A stretch of 64,000 bases of DNA from the human T2T-CHM13v2.0 reference genome, Homo sapiens, in the NCBI RefSeq assembly GCF_009914755.1, contig NC_060926.1; one strand, written 5' to 3'. Under the pieces are notes generated by a model, which was not told the DNA's origin, made no database searches, and saw nothing but the letters and a program-made list of their open reading frames with translations. Position 1 is the stretch's first letter; every line of letters begins with the position of its first letter. Made by a program: the position numbers and the translations under genes. Below are positions 42,163 through 62,499 of the stretch, piece by piece.

Positions 42163-42707
42163 TTAATAACTTGAAAAGGAAAAAGGGCTTGCTGTTGATG
42201 ATTAAACAGACATGATATCATTGCTATATGACCTGGAAGCTGACTGTGGCAGTCACAGGATTGCAGATGTCATCTCATTCAGCTCCGAGATAAGGGATAA
42301 GTCACCTTGTGGCAGAGCCAGGACTTGGACCTACAACTGCGGATGCTCAGCCCTACACTCCTACCTCCATGTAGACTATTTCCTATGAATTGGAAAAATT
42401 ATACTTTCTTGTCATATGAAATATTTTGAAAAGAAGTCTTATTTGTAATCCCAAGTCTTTTTGGAAAGTGAGTTAAGTATATAGATATCAATTAATAGGT
42501 TGAATGATGACATCTATAATAATTTATCAAATTCTGGCCGGGTGCAGTGGCTCCCACCAGTAATCCCAGCATTTTGGAAGGCCAAGGTGGGCAGATCACC
42601 TGAGGTCAGGAGTTCGAGACCAACCTGGACAACGTGGTGAAACCCTGTCTCTACTAAAAATACAAAAATTAGTAGGGCGTGATGGCGGGCACCTGTAATC
42701 CCAGCTA

Positions 42708-42815
<108 letters not shown>

Positions 42816-42853
42816 CTAAAAAAAAAAGAAAAAGAAAGAAATCTCATTATCTC

Positions 42854-43545
42854 TGTTGTATAACAAATAATTTGTCTAGTCTTTGTCCTGAATTCCTGGT
42901 ATGGAGACTCTAAAAACCCTTGGGGTTTTTTGAGTGGTAGGGCTTTTTTATGCTACTAAGGTAAAGGTGGAACCCTAGACAGCCTCAAGATGGGGGCTGG
43001 TTACCAAAAGACCCGCCCAGCCTGGTGATTAGAGGGTTGGGGAATTTGAGTCACCTGACCTTGAAGAGAGGAGGGGGGTCTGGAGGTTGAGATTAATCAC
43101 AGGTTCAGTAGTTTAATCACTTGTGCCTACAAAATAAAATCCCAGTAAAAGCTCTAGAACCGGAGGCTTCCAGGGCCTCCTGGTTGGTGAACATGTTGAT
43201 GTGCCAGGACGTGATGTGCCCTGATTCCACGAGGAAAGGCCACTGAAGCTCTGCATTTGGGACCCTCCCATATTTGTATGCTTTACAGTGAAGCTAATCA
43301 TAAGCATTGCACTTTCCTGAGTCTGCCAGTTGTACTAGCAAATGATCAAACCTAAGGGGGTCATGGGAACTCCCAAATTTGGAGTCAGAGTACAATTGCC
43401 CTGAGGACCCTCTGAGACTTGTGGCTGGTGTCTGAAGGGGACTAGGGGTCTGTGGTGAACTTTGCCCTCAATCTGTGGCATCTGCACCAGCTCCAGGAAG
43501 TTAGTGTCGCAATTGAATTGCTGTACACCCAGCTGGTCAGGTCAG
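42854..43545 (+). mobile_element. MER21-family LTR (second, more diverged copy)
   Basis: Contains GATGGGGGCTGGTTACCAAAAGAC, GATTAGAGGGTTGGG and CTAGCAAATGATCAAACC...GGGGTCATGGGAAC; it is visibly homologous to the reverse complement of 11617-12440. Confidence 0.7.
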
Positions 43546-43774
43546 TTTGGGTGGAAAGAGAATGTCATATTATCCATTTAAAACTTGATGTCCAGCCGGG
43601 CGCAGTGGCTCACGCCTATAATCCCAGGACTTTGGGAGGCCAAGGCAGGCGGATCACAAGGTCAGAAGCTCGAGGCCAGCCTGGCCAATATGGTGTTTAG
43701 TAGAAACCCCGTTTCTACTAAAAATACAAAAATTATCTGGGTGTGGTGGCGGGCGCCTGTAGTCCGAGTACTCA

Positions 43775-43942
<168 letters not shown>

Positions 43943-44253
43943 CTAATCATTTTAGATTTCTTTCCCTTCAAATTCTTTCAGTTCCCAACTCTTACCAGTT
44001 ACCACAAATGTGATACCTTCTTTGTATTGTACTCGCGCTCTGTGGAGAACAGCATGGCTTGGAGGAGGGGAACTACGTTAGGCAGGGTTTTGATGGGAAA
44101 TAGAAGGCACATCCACTGGAATTTTTTTTTAAAGTTTTGAACGAAGACATGATTTTAAAAAGAACAGACAGGGACGGTCGTGGTGGCTCACACCTGTAAT
44201 CCCAGAACTTTGGGAGGCCATGGCGGGTGGAATCACCTGAGGTCAGGAGTTCA

Positions 44254-44412
<159 letters not shown>

Positions 44413-44454
44413 CTACTGCCCTCCAGCCTGGGTGACAGAATGAGACTCCATCTC

Positions 44455-44485
<31 letters not shown>

Positions 44486-44509
44486 CAAAAAAACAGACAG
44501 AATGAAGGT

Positions 44510-44576
44510 AACAGGCAGGAAATGATGCTGAGGCGCCCAGGGGAACAGGCAGGAAATGATGCTGAGGCGCCCAGGG
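44510..44576. repeat. Two-copy tandem duplication, 34-bp period
   Basis: AACAGGCAGGAAATGATGCTGAGGCGCCCAGGG at 44510 and 44544. Confidence 0.92.
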
Positions 44577-46158
44577 AAGCAGCTACCACCCTCAAGCCTG
44601 AGGTATCATCAGTGCTTGGGTGGCAGAGGACCTCAAGAAGGGGCCATCCAGCAGGACCTGCCATTGCAGAAGGACACAGCCCTGCAGAGCCACCGCCAAG
44701 AGGGAAGGGACAACCCCAACCTCTCTCTTCTCTCCTCTCCCAAAATAAAGCCAAGATAAAACGGAAACCCAGATGACTCAGCTCCCAGGTAGAGGATGAA
44801 GCTGGGGGAAATGAATGATTTAGCGTTGAAATGAGCATAGGTCATTGTAAGAGACTGCTAGATTCCAGGACTGTCACAGATGGGTTGATGTGCAAAAAGT
44901 CAGCCTGGCGCAATGGCTCACGTCTGTAATTCCAGCACTTTAGGAGGTCAAGGTGGGTGGATCACAAGGTTAGGAGTTCGAGACCAGCCTGGCCTATATG
45001 GGGAAACCCCATCTCTATTAAACATACAAAAATTAGCTGGGTGTGGTGGCGGGCACCTGTAGTCCCAGCTACTCAGGAGGCTGAGACAGCAGAATCACTT
45101 GAACTCAGGAAGCGGAGGTTGCAGTGAGCCGAGGTCGCGCCACTGCACTCCAACCTGGGCGACAGAGTGAGACTCTGTCTCAAAAAAAAAAAAAAAAAAA
45201 AAAAAAAAGAAAAGAAAAAGATACAATAGCTTTGACTGAATGTATTCAAAGATATAATAGCCAGGAATCTTTCCCAGTTGATGAAAAATACCAGTCACCG
45301 ATCAGGAAGTCCAACAAATTGCAAGCAGAATAAATAAACAGAAACCAATAGAAACCCACACCTACACACATCATAATAAAATGTTAGAATGCCATTTACA
45401 AAGAGAAGACATTAAAAAAAGCCATAAAGAAAAAGATTATCTCCAAAAAAGGGTGATTAGGCTGAATTTGTATCTGAATCACATCACTGAGGGCCAGGAG
45501 GCCAGGGAATGAGAGCTTCAGAGCATGCACAGAAGTAGCTCTCAGCTGTCACAGAAGGTGGAGCTTCCAGGACTTTCTAGATGGAGGGCAAAATAAAGAT
45601 ATCTTTCAAACAAATAAAAATGGAGATAGTTTGCCTCCAACACAGTTACTCATTAAAGAACTATACTGGGGCTGATAAAGTAATCCCAGATGGAAATCCT
45701 GAGACTCAAATGGTGACGTGTATATTGGTACATCTATGTGGAAAAATCAAAAGAATATTGACTGCATAATACAATAATAACAACAACTCATGATGTTAAA
45801 AAGTAAGAGAGAACTAACATGGGAAGGAGGCTTAGATTAGCATAAAGATTATAACCAATATTTACTAAAACTAATTATTTGCACATAATACAAAGTCACA
45901 ACCACGAATGCATGTTCATGAAGAAATAAAAGGACGAGTAAACAATTATGATTGTCCCTTTATGATTAAATATTCCTTTGCTGGCATGTTTACTTATTTT
46001 GTCATCTACCAGCAATCATTCACAAATAGGCTGTGGCAAAAGCCTAAGTGATAAGACACATTCATGGAGAAACTTGAAACTAATGATGCTCTAACATTTT
46101 CTGTAAATTGTAAAAATAATGTTTTGTCACTGACCTAGGTGTTTAATCTACTGTATAA

Positions 46159-46368
<210 letters not shown>

Positions 46369-46948
46369 TGAGTAGCTGGGATTACAGGTGCATGCCACAA
46401 TGCCCGACTAATTATTGTAATTTTAGTAGAGACAGGGTTTCACAATGTTGGCCAGGCTGGCCTCGAACTCCTGACCTCAGATAATCTGCCCACCTCGGCC
46501 TCCCAAAGTGCTGGGATTACAGATGTGAGCCACTGCGCCCAGCTAGCATATTGTATTTTAAGCAGGCATTTGTTCAATAATCCAACACCCATCAAGCACT
46601 GGAGTGAGTGGCAGATCCTCGCTGTGAGAGCGTTTTCCTAGTTCATGAGGAGAGCCAGATGCTACATCCAAAAAGGGAGCTGAGCCATAACTGGGTTGTC
46701 TGACCCTACCTCGTCTCAGATGGTCGGTGGGGGACACAGAGCAGAAGTCAGAAAACTGGATTGTGCAGATGAAGTGAGAGTACTCTGTGCCTCAAAAAGA
46801 ATTCACTTGAAAAATATTACTGGATTCCAATTAGATGCCATGCACTTTCCCGGGTCCTAAGTTGCAAACATGAATAAGATATGCTGTCTAACTTTTCCCA
46901 CTACTGGAAAGTGGTAAGTAAACACAGAATTGTATTACGGTTATTAAG

Positions 46949-47308
46949 TGCTATGGCATGAATGTTGGTATACTCCAAGAATTCTTATGTTGAAATCTTC
47001 ACCCCAATGTGACGGTGTTAGGAGGTGGGGGCTTTGGGAGGTGATCAGGTCACAGTGGAGCCCTCATGACTAGAATTAGTGCCCCTACAGAAGAGGCCCC
47101 GAGAGCTCCCTCTCCTCTTCCTCCATGTGAGGATACAGAGAGAAGGCACCATCTGTGAACCAGGAAGTGAGCCCTTACCAGACACTGAACCTGCTGGCAC
47201 CTTGATCTTGGACTTCCAGCCTCCAAAACTGTGAGAAATAAATGTCCGTTGTCTATAAGCCACCAAGTCTGTGACAATTTGTTCTAGCAGCCCAAATAGA
47301 CTAGGACA
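46949..47308 (+). mobile_element. MLT1A-type MaLR solo LTR
   Basis: TGCTATGG...TATGTTGAAATC start, CTGCTGGCACCTTGATCTTGGACTTCCAGCCTCC core and ...GCAGCCCAAATAGACTAGGACA end; ~360 bp. Confidence 0.8.
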
Positions 47309-47707
47309 TTAATAATCTGATGATGGTTTAGAACTCTCATGGTTTTTTTCACTGAGAAGAGCATACCAAGATTTTTTTTTTCTATTAAAAATAATATGCC
47401 TTCTGATAGGATACACATTACTTCTATGAAAAGAAGAACACATTACTTCTATGAAATCTTTGCCAAAATTGCATAACCCAAAGGAGACAATGAGGAACTC
47501 TTGACAAACCCAGATGGAGGGACTTTCCTAATCCTGGCATGTACTCTTCAAAATGCCAATATTGTAGAGGACAGAGAGACTGTGGAGCTCTTCCAGATTA
47601 AAGGAGACCCAAGAAATATGACAACAGAATGCAACATGTGACTCAGACTTCTGCTATGAAGGCCATTATTAAGATAATGGCAAAATCTGAATAAGATCTG
47701 AAGATTA

Positions 47708-49129
<1,422 letters not shown>

Positions 49130-50463
49130 CTAACTATCTGGGCTAAAGAGCATCATGACTGTACATGACTGTACTTTCAAAATACAAGAAAGAGATAGAG
49201 GAGGATAAAGTAAATGTGGCAAAAGGTTAACAGTTGGAAGCACGATGAAAGATAACATGGGAGGTCTTTGTGCTCTTATTACAACTTATATTTAAACAGG
49301 CAAAAGAGTTAAGAGTTAGGCTTTTCAAGGATTCCTAGCACTCACTAGAAGCAAAATGAGGCTCATTTAAAGAAAGGGGTAAACACTACGTTTGCTCTCT
49401 GAAAATAGTTTCAAATGAGGCATAACTACTCCCCGAAACTTTCATTTTCATGTTCCATCAGAGCAAGCTCAGGTTCCAAATTCCCCACCAGGTGTGCATG
49501 TTATGTGTTTGGACTGGTGTGGGGTTGCTTTGTTTTTCCTGAAGGTGAGCTCCAAAGTGGAGCTGAGCCATCTACAAAAAGATAGCAGTGATCTAATTGC
49601 TGGTCTCCTGCATGACCTCTTCCCATTGACTAGCTTAAAAATCAGTTAGATTTAGCTTTCAAGCATGTGTCAATAAAATAAATTCCAGATTTCCCAGGTA
49701 ATATATTTCCAAAGAGTAGGTTTGCACAGTAGTACAAAAACAAAAATTGTTTTTGAATGGAGTCTCAGTAATAGGGAGCCTGTTTTTCAATTCTCTTTTA
49801 GATTCTTTTAACGGCTCATTCATGGGGGCTTGATCTCAGCTGCAAAGACTGAAAAAAAGAAACAACCCCACAGTTCTAAATGCCTAGGAAATTGCATTGC
49901 TGAAGTGATTCTCTTGTAACACTCTCTGGTTCTTTTGCCAACCCCCTGAGATGATGCTTCTTGGCATACATAGAGACTGGAGACTTTTCTCCTACCTCCA
50001 GTAGAGGTCTGGCCTTGCTCCAAAACAAAGCCTGCACCCAGCAGATGTTGCTGCTAAGAGACGTCGCCTGGACTTTCTACACAATATTCTCTGACAGAAG
50101 GGGCTAGTTGACTAATGCTTAGAATGATTTTTGTCATTGTATATTCCTTTCATATGTCAAGGTAGTTTCATCTCCAGCACCTACTCATTTGCAGATATTC
50201 ACTCATATTTTTCGTTCTGAATTGAGAAATTGATAGTAATCAGTGATGGATTTAGCATTAGGCCAAATCTACACTAAGCAAATAAGCAGGTGTTTCTCTA
50301 CCTCAGTAGATATTGTGGAAAAGAGAATTCCTCTAAAGTCTTCTGCAGGCTTTAATAAGTGTTTATTGGACCCCAGAAATCATATAAGAAATATTGGCTC
50401 AGCTGGACGCGGTGGCTCACGCCTGTAATCCCAGCATTTTGGGAGGCCAAGGTGGGCAGATCA

Positions 50464-50745
<282 letters not shown>

Positions 50746-51294
50746 TTAAGAGGTCATTTATGTTTTCTAACAATACTAGATTTTTTTTTTTTGAGGCAGA
50801 GTCTCACTCTGTCACCCAGGCTGGAGTGCAGTGGTGATCTTGGCTCACGGCAACCTCCACCTCCTGGGTTCAGACAAGTCTCCTGCCTCAGCATCCTGAG
50901 TAGCTGCGATTACAGGCGCATGCCACCATGCCTGGTTAATTTTTGTAATTTTAGTAGAGATAGGGTTTCACCATATTGGTCAGGCTGGTCTCAAACTCCT
51001 GACCTCAGGTGATCCACCCACCTCGGCCTCCCAAAGTGTTGGGATTACAGGCATGAGCCACTGCGCCCAGCCATAATACTAGATTAAGGTCAGAAAAGAA
51101 CCCAAGTAACTTCCTTCTCCGCAAAGCTGTGAATATCTCTTTCCTTCTTCTGCCTTCTATTTTTTTTTTTCTGAAAGCATGCACTAAGTAGAATGGAGGA
51201 GTCCCACGAATGCTTAGAAATGATATGCTTCCAGCCCAGCACAGTGGCTCATGCCTGTAATCCCAGCACTGTGGAGGCCAAGGCGGGCGGATCA

Positions 51295-51573
<279 letters not shown>

Positions 51574-52124
51574 TTAATGTTTCCTCACAATCACTTTGAC
51601 CAGTAAGCATGTGTTTCAGGGTCCCTTTTCTGGACAGACTTAAGCCTGTGGCGGAGAAGCTTATTCTCTGAGGGCCTCGCGGGACTGCAGCACAGCAGCA
51701 GGGTCCACTGTTCTCAGCTCCGGACAGTGCCTTCCAACTGCTCTTAGGAGTCCCGGCCACACTCAAGTATAAAGTAGAAGGCTCAGATTCCTGGGCTCTG
51801 TCTTCCTTCTGTCTGACCGCTGTTTACTGAACAGTCATACCGAGTCCCTAAGCCTGGAGACTGAGCATCTGCTGTTCTCAATCAGGCCCAGGTGTAGCAG
51901 GAAGGACCGAATCCTATGACTGAGTGCCTGTCCACAACCCCAGCCTTTCCTTCCAAATCGACTCTTAAAACCTCCTGACACTTGGAGGCTATGGCTTTTA
52001 GGTTGGGCTTACTAAAGGATAGAAATGGAGGGTAGATCTTCGAGAATTAAAGTGGGGACAAGATAGATATTTGGGATGTCTAAAAAGTACATAACTACAA
52101 ATAATGGCCTCCAAATATAGACTG

Positions 52125-52730
<606 letters not shown>

Positions 52731-52886
52731 ATCCAAATTAGGTTCATGCACTGCATCTGGCTGATGTATCTCTTGAATCACTTTTAATTTACAGTTCTTG
52801 CTCCACCCCATCACCATCTTTTTTTTTAATACCTTGCATTGCACTGTGACAATTGCACAATGTGAATGTATTTTATTTTATTTTGA

Positions 52887-53102
<216 letters not shown>

Positions 53103-54120
53103 TGATCTGCCCACCTTGGCCTCCCAAAGTGCTGGGATTGCAGGAGTGAACCAATTTTTTTTGTATTTTAATAGAGACAGGGTTTCACCATGTTGGCTAG
53201 GCTGGTCTCGAACTCCTGACCGTGTTATCCACCTGCCTTGGCCTCCCAAAGTGCAATTATAAGTGTGAGCCACTGCACCTGGCTGCTTTCAGCTTTATTT
53301 TTCCTAATTTAACTTTCAGGTATCATCATCTTTTTCCTCCCAAGCTTTCAAATTTCTACCACTAGCATTTAACTGATTATTGACACTTAACAAAACCAGA
53401 TTCATTTACCACTTACTCTGGACTGTAGTGCTATGTGTGCTAAAAAGCGCCAAACAAAGTTCTTGGTCTCAGTAATTTATAACCTAGATGGATAGGAAAG
53501 TCATGTGCACATAGAAAGGTAACTAACAAGGCCGGGAGCGGTGGCTCACGCCTGTAATCCCAGCACTTTGGGAGGCCGAGGCGGGCGGATCATGAGGTCA
53601 GGAGATTGAGACCATCCTGGCTAACACGGTGAAACCCCGTCTCTACTAAAAATACAAAAAATTAGCTGGGCATGGTGACGTGCACCTGTAGGCAACAGAG
53701 CAAGACTCCATCTCAAATAAAAAAAAAAAAAGAAAGGTAACTAACAATATCAGTGCTGAAGGTGAGATATACAAACTTGTGTGTTATTGATTACCACAGA
53801 AGGGAAAATTTTTTAAGATTGGAAGTGTTAGAAGAGATGAGACTTAGGCTAAATCATGTGATGACTGAATGCTTGGTTCCAGCATAGGACAGTGTGATGT
53901 ATGCACTCAAAGTCTGGAATCTGCATCTCATATTGGAAGATAAAGAATAGTCTTGGCCGGGTGTGGTGGCTCACGCCTGTAATCCCAACACTCCAGAAGG
54001 CTGAGGCAGGTGAATTGCTTGAGCTCAGGAGTTTGAGATCAGCCTGGGCAACACAGTGAGACCCTGTCTCTACTAAAATTTTTTTTTAAAACATTAGCCG
54101 GGTGTGATGGCTCACATCTA

Positions 54121-54270
<150 letters not shown>

Positions 54271-54348
54271 TCATCTCCCAACTTGGCTAGAAAAGCATGT
54301 ACTAGTACATAAATGTTCCATAAACATAGCATAAACTCCAGTTCAAAT

Positions 54349-54539
54349 TGTCAGAGGCGTTTGAACCAGAGCAACTCCATCTTGAATAGGGGTTGAGTAA
54401 AATGAGGCTGAAACCTACTGGGCTCTATTCCCAGACGGTTAAGCATTATAAGTCACAGGATGACATAGGAGGTCGGCACAAGATACAGGTCTTAAAGACC
54501 TTGCTGATAAAGCAGGTTGCAGTAAAGAAGCCTGCCAAA
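54349..54539 (+). mobile_element. MER41 (ERV1) LTR, 5' ~190 bp only
   Basis: Starts TGTCAGAGGCGTTTGAACCAGAGCAACTCCATCTTGAATAGG, the recalled MER41A/B 5' end. It is cut by an Alu and does not resume. Confidence 0.8.
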
Positions 54540-54660
54540 GGCTGGGCGCAGCGGCTCACACCTGTAATCCCAGCACTTTGGGAGGCCAAGGCTGGCAGAT
54601 CACCTGAGATCAGGAGTTTCAGACCAGCCTGGCCAACGTGGTGAAACCCCATCTCTACTA

Positions 54661-55501
<841 letters not shown>

Positions 55502-57548
55502 ATTGTATTGAAAACCATGGCCTCTTATCAGATCACTAAGGTAGAGAATATGGTTAAAGAAAAGTAGTTTGTGTTAGAGTTGGGGTTTTTCAGAATCTAA
55601 AGAAAAATTGCTTAAAAACTGTCTGCAAAATAGCTCCAAGGGAAAAAAAGAATAGAAAAGAAAGTGGGCTTTTGTAGTAACCACATTCAGAACTGTGAAC
55701 TGGCTCCTGTGTTCTCTTTATCCCCAAGGGCATGTGAAACACTGTTTTCCCGGGCAGTCACAGCAAGGCTGCCTGGATGAGGCCGCTGGGACTGGAATGT
55801 CAGCCTGCGGCCTGCCCTCCACTTTTCTTAGCGGAGCTGTCATCTAAACCTGGACCTTGTTTTCTGCCCTGCCTCCCCCCGGCTGCTTGTCAATATTTGC
55901 TTTCTAGATCACAAGATCCTAAGCCCCAAGGCCTGTCACTTTAAACAACCAGAAGAGGAAGTCAACAATAACCACTCTGGTGAAGCTGTCTACTTTAGGG
56001 ACGTTTCCCTAGTTGGTTTGCTCCTGCGAGTTCCCACTCCCAGGAAAAGCACTGCAGTGCTAACTGAGCAGCTTTGTTTGCCTCCCGACTGTGTGGCCCC
56101 CAGCAACTATGCCAGGATTCACAAGCCAGCGGGATCCTAAATGTCTGTGTGCATGGCAGCAAGGTTGCTCTTCAGCCTGTTGGCAAAATTCTCCCACAGC
56201 ACTTTTATTTCTCAGGCACGCCTTCATGGGCCCCAGAAATTAATTCCTTGACGGCTGTTGTGGAGCCTTAGTTGCCAGCGAGAGGCAACCAAGGTTTAAA
56301 TGTAAATTAGCTTACAGAGTGAAGGGAGGTTGCAAATACCCCTCCACTTAGTACGTAAATTCAGCAACCTTAATCTAGAACAGCAAGGAGTCTTAGAATT
56401 GGCACAGAGTGGGCACCCAGCCCCTTCTGGCCAAATCCCTGATGAGAGATGCCTGAAATTCACCCTTTCAGCCTGAGATTTTGTTCTCTGTGTAAAGCCA
56501 ATTGTTGCTGTCATTAGTAAGCGAAACTACGCCTTACAAAAGTAAATGCGGGTCCTCCTCAGTTTGCTTCTGAAAGAAGGCTTTCCGGGGAGATGTGCTA
56601 AACAAACCAAGCCTGGCTGTACCTGCAAGCTCAGGCTGCCACATGGTCTGAAGCTTGGATTCCTGAGAGGTGCGACAGGCTCAGGGTCCCCTGCCTGGAC
56701 TCAAGAGTCAGCCTGTCTAGACTGGAATTCCCGACCCTTCACTTAAATATGTGGACAAACCTCTTTCTGCCTCAATTTCCTCATCAGTCAAAAATAGTTA
56801 TTACTAGTGCCTACCTCCTAGAGCTGCTTGGAGGTTAGAATCTGTGAACATAGATGAAGCTGTGTCTATACCCGGTAAGTCCAGCATGAGTGTTCATTGT
56901 AATTATTTGATTATGGCTGTCTCCCACATACTGGCTCTCAGGGGTGCGCCATTCCCATTTCAAACTCTATGCTCGGAGTGTAGACAAAACTCTCAACGCA
57001 GCCAAAAAAGGCTGAAATGCTCATGAAAACTTCACAGACACCAGGGAGAACTCAAGGGAGCTAAAGTCAAAGGAAACGTGAAGCCTGACACCAGCTGAGC
57101 TCTACCGGCTGGGGCCGGAATGCTGTCCCCAACCTTCCCTCCTCCGGCATTTGGTCCTTCTGAGGCAATCTACCATGCTCTCACCCTAGGCTATGTTCTG
57201 TTAGTTGATTTTATTTCTGGTCTTCTCCCAGGTGACTGTCCCTTATCCGTAAGGCAAGACCTACTTCACCCAGAAAGTGGCACTGGCTTCAGACTAGGAC
57301 CAGGGTCAGGTGTGTGAGACGCTCACATCGGGTGCAAAATGTAAGGGGGCAAGAGGCAAAAAGTCATCCAGATAAATGATATTTTGATGCAATATTTTAA
57401 AAAATTAAATGAATTTTTAAAAATCACAAATAAAATATTACTATATTAAATGCAGACAGGCTCTGACTGCATCATGCCCAACCACACTGGAGCCTGAGGC
57501 AAAAGGAGTAATGCTCTCCCCTGTACTCATGTTTGCATGTATTTGTAA

Positions 57549-57749
<201 letters not shown>

Positions 57750-58122
57750 TAGAGATAGGGTTTCACCATGTTGGCCAGGCTGGTCTTGAACTCCTGACCT
57801 CAAGAGATCCACCCACGTAGGCCTCCCAAAGTGCTGGGATTACAAGTGTGAGCCACTGCTCCCGGCCACAAATGGCTAATAATTTTAAGAAAATATTGTT
57901 GGAAGGGTTTGCTTCCATCAAAGCCAGGAAAGTAAAATGGTAATTCTATTTTGGGTGTAAGCAAAATGTTTACATTGAAAACAATACTAGGAGTTTTAAT
58001 AAACTTGTTTTTCAAATTTTCAGTATTTTTTCACTACCTCAATGTTCTATGGAAGTTTTTAAAATCGTGGAAGAAATACATAAAACATCTGTAGATGAGA
58101 TGCAGTTTTTCCCTTTGTCTGA

Positions 58123-58350
<228 letters not shown>

Positions 58351-58508
58351 TAAATATCTGGGACTACAGGCGTGTGCCACCACGGCCAGATAATTTTTGT
58401 ATTTTTAGTAGAGACGGGGTTTCACCGTGTTGGCCAAGATGGTCTCGATATCTTAACCTTGTGATCCGCCCACCTCAGCCTCCCAAAGTGCTGGGATTAC
58501 AGGCGTGA

Positions 58509-58679
<171 letters not shown>

Positions 58680-58698
58680 TGACACCATGCCCAGCTAA

Positions 58699-58926
<228 letters not shown>

Positions 58927-59562
58927 TGACCAAGAATTTGAGAACAAGCATCATTCCACAAATGCCCGTTAGCTGCCTCACTCAGTGCCCACTGAGGCCT
59001 GGCTCTGGGGTGATGTGTCACACACCCTAACCCTTTGCTGAGCTGCTTAAGTATGTTGGAGGAGGCAGAAAATAAACAAGTGGGCCAATTAGCAGTAATC
59101 ACACATTAGGAGGGGTTACAGGATGGAAACAGAGAGGGTGCAAGAACTAAGTGGCCAAGGTTGGCTTCACTGAGAGCATGAGAGGCACAGCCCCGCAGAA
59201 GGGATAGTGACCGCTTGGGTCCTCGGGTGGGAATGCTTGGCGTGGGCTGGGAGCTGAAGGGAGAAGAATGTGAACACCGAACCACTGAACCAACAGCAGA
59301 GAACTCAAAGGCAGGAAGGAGGCTTGGCTGGCTGCAGCCTGGCAGGGATCTGTGGACAACATTCTCTGTGCAGTGGGAGTCCCTGGAAGATTTTAAGCAG
59401 CAGAAAGACACCATCTGATTTACACTTTTTTTTGAGGCAGTTTCACTCTTGTTGCCCAGGCTGGAATGCATGATGCAATCTCGGCTCACTGCAACCTCCG
59501 CCTCCCAGCAGTTCTCTTGCCTCAGCCTCCCAAATAGCTGGGAATACAGGCATATGTCATGA

Positions 59563-59951
<389 letters not shown>

Positions 59952-60415
59952 TGATCCACCCATCTTGGCCTCCCAAAGTGCCGGGAGTGTGGAGTGCTGG
60001 GAGTGTCTGCTGTGCGGAGGATGGACTGGTTGCGGGTGAGAGGGCTGGATGTATAGGTAGGACAATCAGGTAGGTGGCTGCAGTCACAACAACGGCGACC
60101 TGGACCAGTTGACGGCCTGGTGCTCGGTAACTACTTTCACCCCAAAAAGACAAAACGGTAATAGATAATGCTCACTAACAGTTATAATTTTCAGTATTTA
60201 TTGCAAACTAGGAAATAAACACCTGATTACCAAACCATTTAAAGAATGAGAAAAAGCAAGATTCATCAAAGCTGGTAAAAGCAAAACTGAAAAATTGATT
60301 GCAAAACTATAGTGGTTTGATTGGCTCCATGACTAAAGTCCTGGAGACTAAATGAATAAAGCTTAAGTTGAAGCTTTCTAATATGAGGTATGTGTTCCTG
60401 AAAATGGTACTTTAA

Positions 60416-60767
<352 letters not shown>

Positions 60768-61609
60768 TGAATTTTATACCTTCCTAAAGTGAAGATTTTC
60801 TGTAAAGCATGTGATTACTTCCTTGATTATCTCTTGAGAAAGTTTCAAGTTTTTGGTTTCTCATTTTCTTAAGACCTGATTTCTAGAACACAAATTTTCT
60901 TTAAGAAAAATTCCCTCTGATGTGTTTAAAGAAAAACATTGGCTACTTCTGCAAAAATGAATCTTGGAAAGCCATTGCAACAATAAGTTAGCCCATTGGA
61001 GGCCACGGCCCCACCCTTACTGGCACGTTTTACTAGACATAACGAAATGATAATTCCAGGCTGCAATGATCCTAAAGTTTCTCAGAACAGTCTCAATTTT
61101 GGATATTCCTCGTGGGACAGTAATATGGGTGACTTTCTTTTCTCAATTGACTCACAGATATTTGTGTTCCTTTGTATTTTGTAGGAAACAAAAGTCGCTG
61201 AGATGATGGAAATCCATAAGGCTCATCATCATACGTTCTGGTGAGGCTACAGCACACACAGCATGAATCGGGTTTGGAGAATGGAGCCTATGCCACACAG
61301 ATAGGAATTTAATCTGGGGAATTATCAGCAGCTGACAGAGCAAACAACGGGAAGGTAAGGCATCCCAGAGGTTAGTCATTGCAGGAAGCCGCTAGTCTCC
61401 CAAGGCAGAAAGACAAAAAGTGGAGGTGAAGCCAGGTGTCCAAAAGCCAGGACCACCTATGTGAGCCAGGACTATGGGGGAGGGCCTGCCCGGGCAGAGC
61501 TGAAGCACTGAGGAGAGACAGCTGGAGATGCTATCTGAGTGGGGAGACCGGGCAGGGGTCCCACTTTCCCTCCTTACCAATCTGTCACCAGTGCCTCCCA
61601 CAGGACCAC

Positions 61610-61970
61610 TGATGTGGTTTGACTGTGTCCCCACCCAAATCTCATCTTGAATTGTAGCTCCCATAATCCCCGTGTGTTGTGGGAGGGACCCAGTGGGAGA
61701 TCATTGAATCATGGGCGGAGCTTCCTCCGTGCTGTTCTTATGGTAGTGAAGAAGTCTCATGAAATCTGATGATTTTATAAGGGGTTTCCTCTTTCTCTTG
61801 GCTCTCATTCTCTCTTTTCTGCCACCATGCTAAACGTGCCTTTTGCCTTCTGCTATGATTGTGAGGCCTCCCAGCCATGTGGACCTGTGAGTCCAATAAA
61901 CCTCTTTTTCTTTATAAATTACCCGGTCTTGGGTATGTCTTTATCAGCAGCATGAAAACGGACTAATACG
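61610..61970 (+). mobile_element. THE1 (THE1B-like) MaLR solo LTR
   Basis: TGATGTGGTTTGACTGTGTCCCCACCCAAATCTCATCTTGAATTGTAGCTCCC start and ...GCAGCATGAAAACGGACTAATAC end; 5-bp near-TSD ACCAC / ACAAC. Confidence 0.85.
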
Positions 61971-62499
61971 ACAACCTAGCAGGAAGCTGGCGGGGGAGTC
62001 TGGGAAATGCAGTCTTGAGGGACAGTCCCCAGTGGTGCAGGGCAGAGAGTGGAGGTAAATGGCTGGCACAAGCATGCCCTTGCTGCCCAGTTTCCATTCT
62101 TGTAGTTCTACCCGTATTTAACTCCTGCCAGGACCAATTTCTCCTTCATACACCAACTTCTCCTTCATACATCCTCTCCCCACAAAGGGAGAGGCAAAGT
62201 CCCAGCAACCCCTGTACCTATCTCAAAATGAGTTACAAGGTAATAATGAGAGGGTTCACTACCATTTCCACCCCTTGATTCCTGGGCCTGTGAATGTCTT
62301 CTGTGGAAGAAACAATACCACATATTACTCCCTGGCTCATGGCATCCTGTAGGGCTTGGCTCCTAGATGGTTCCATAACTGAATATACATAAGACTGGGC
62401 TCAAGCAAGTTCAGAAAGTACAAGTATTGAGCAGGTGGCCCAGTGTTCCATGACACCTACTCCTGCTGCATTGCTCTCCCAAACAAATGGAAGCTCTTT

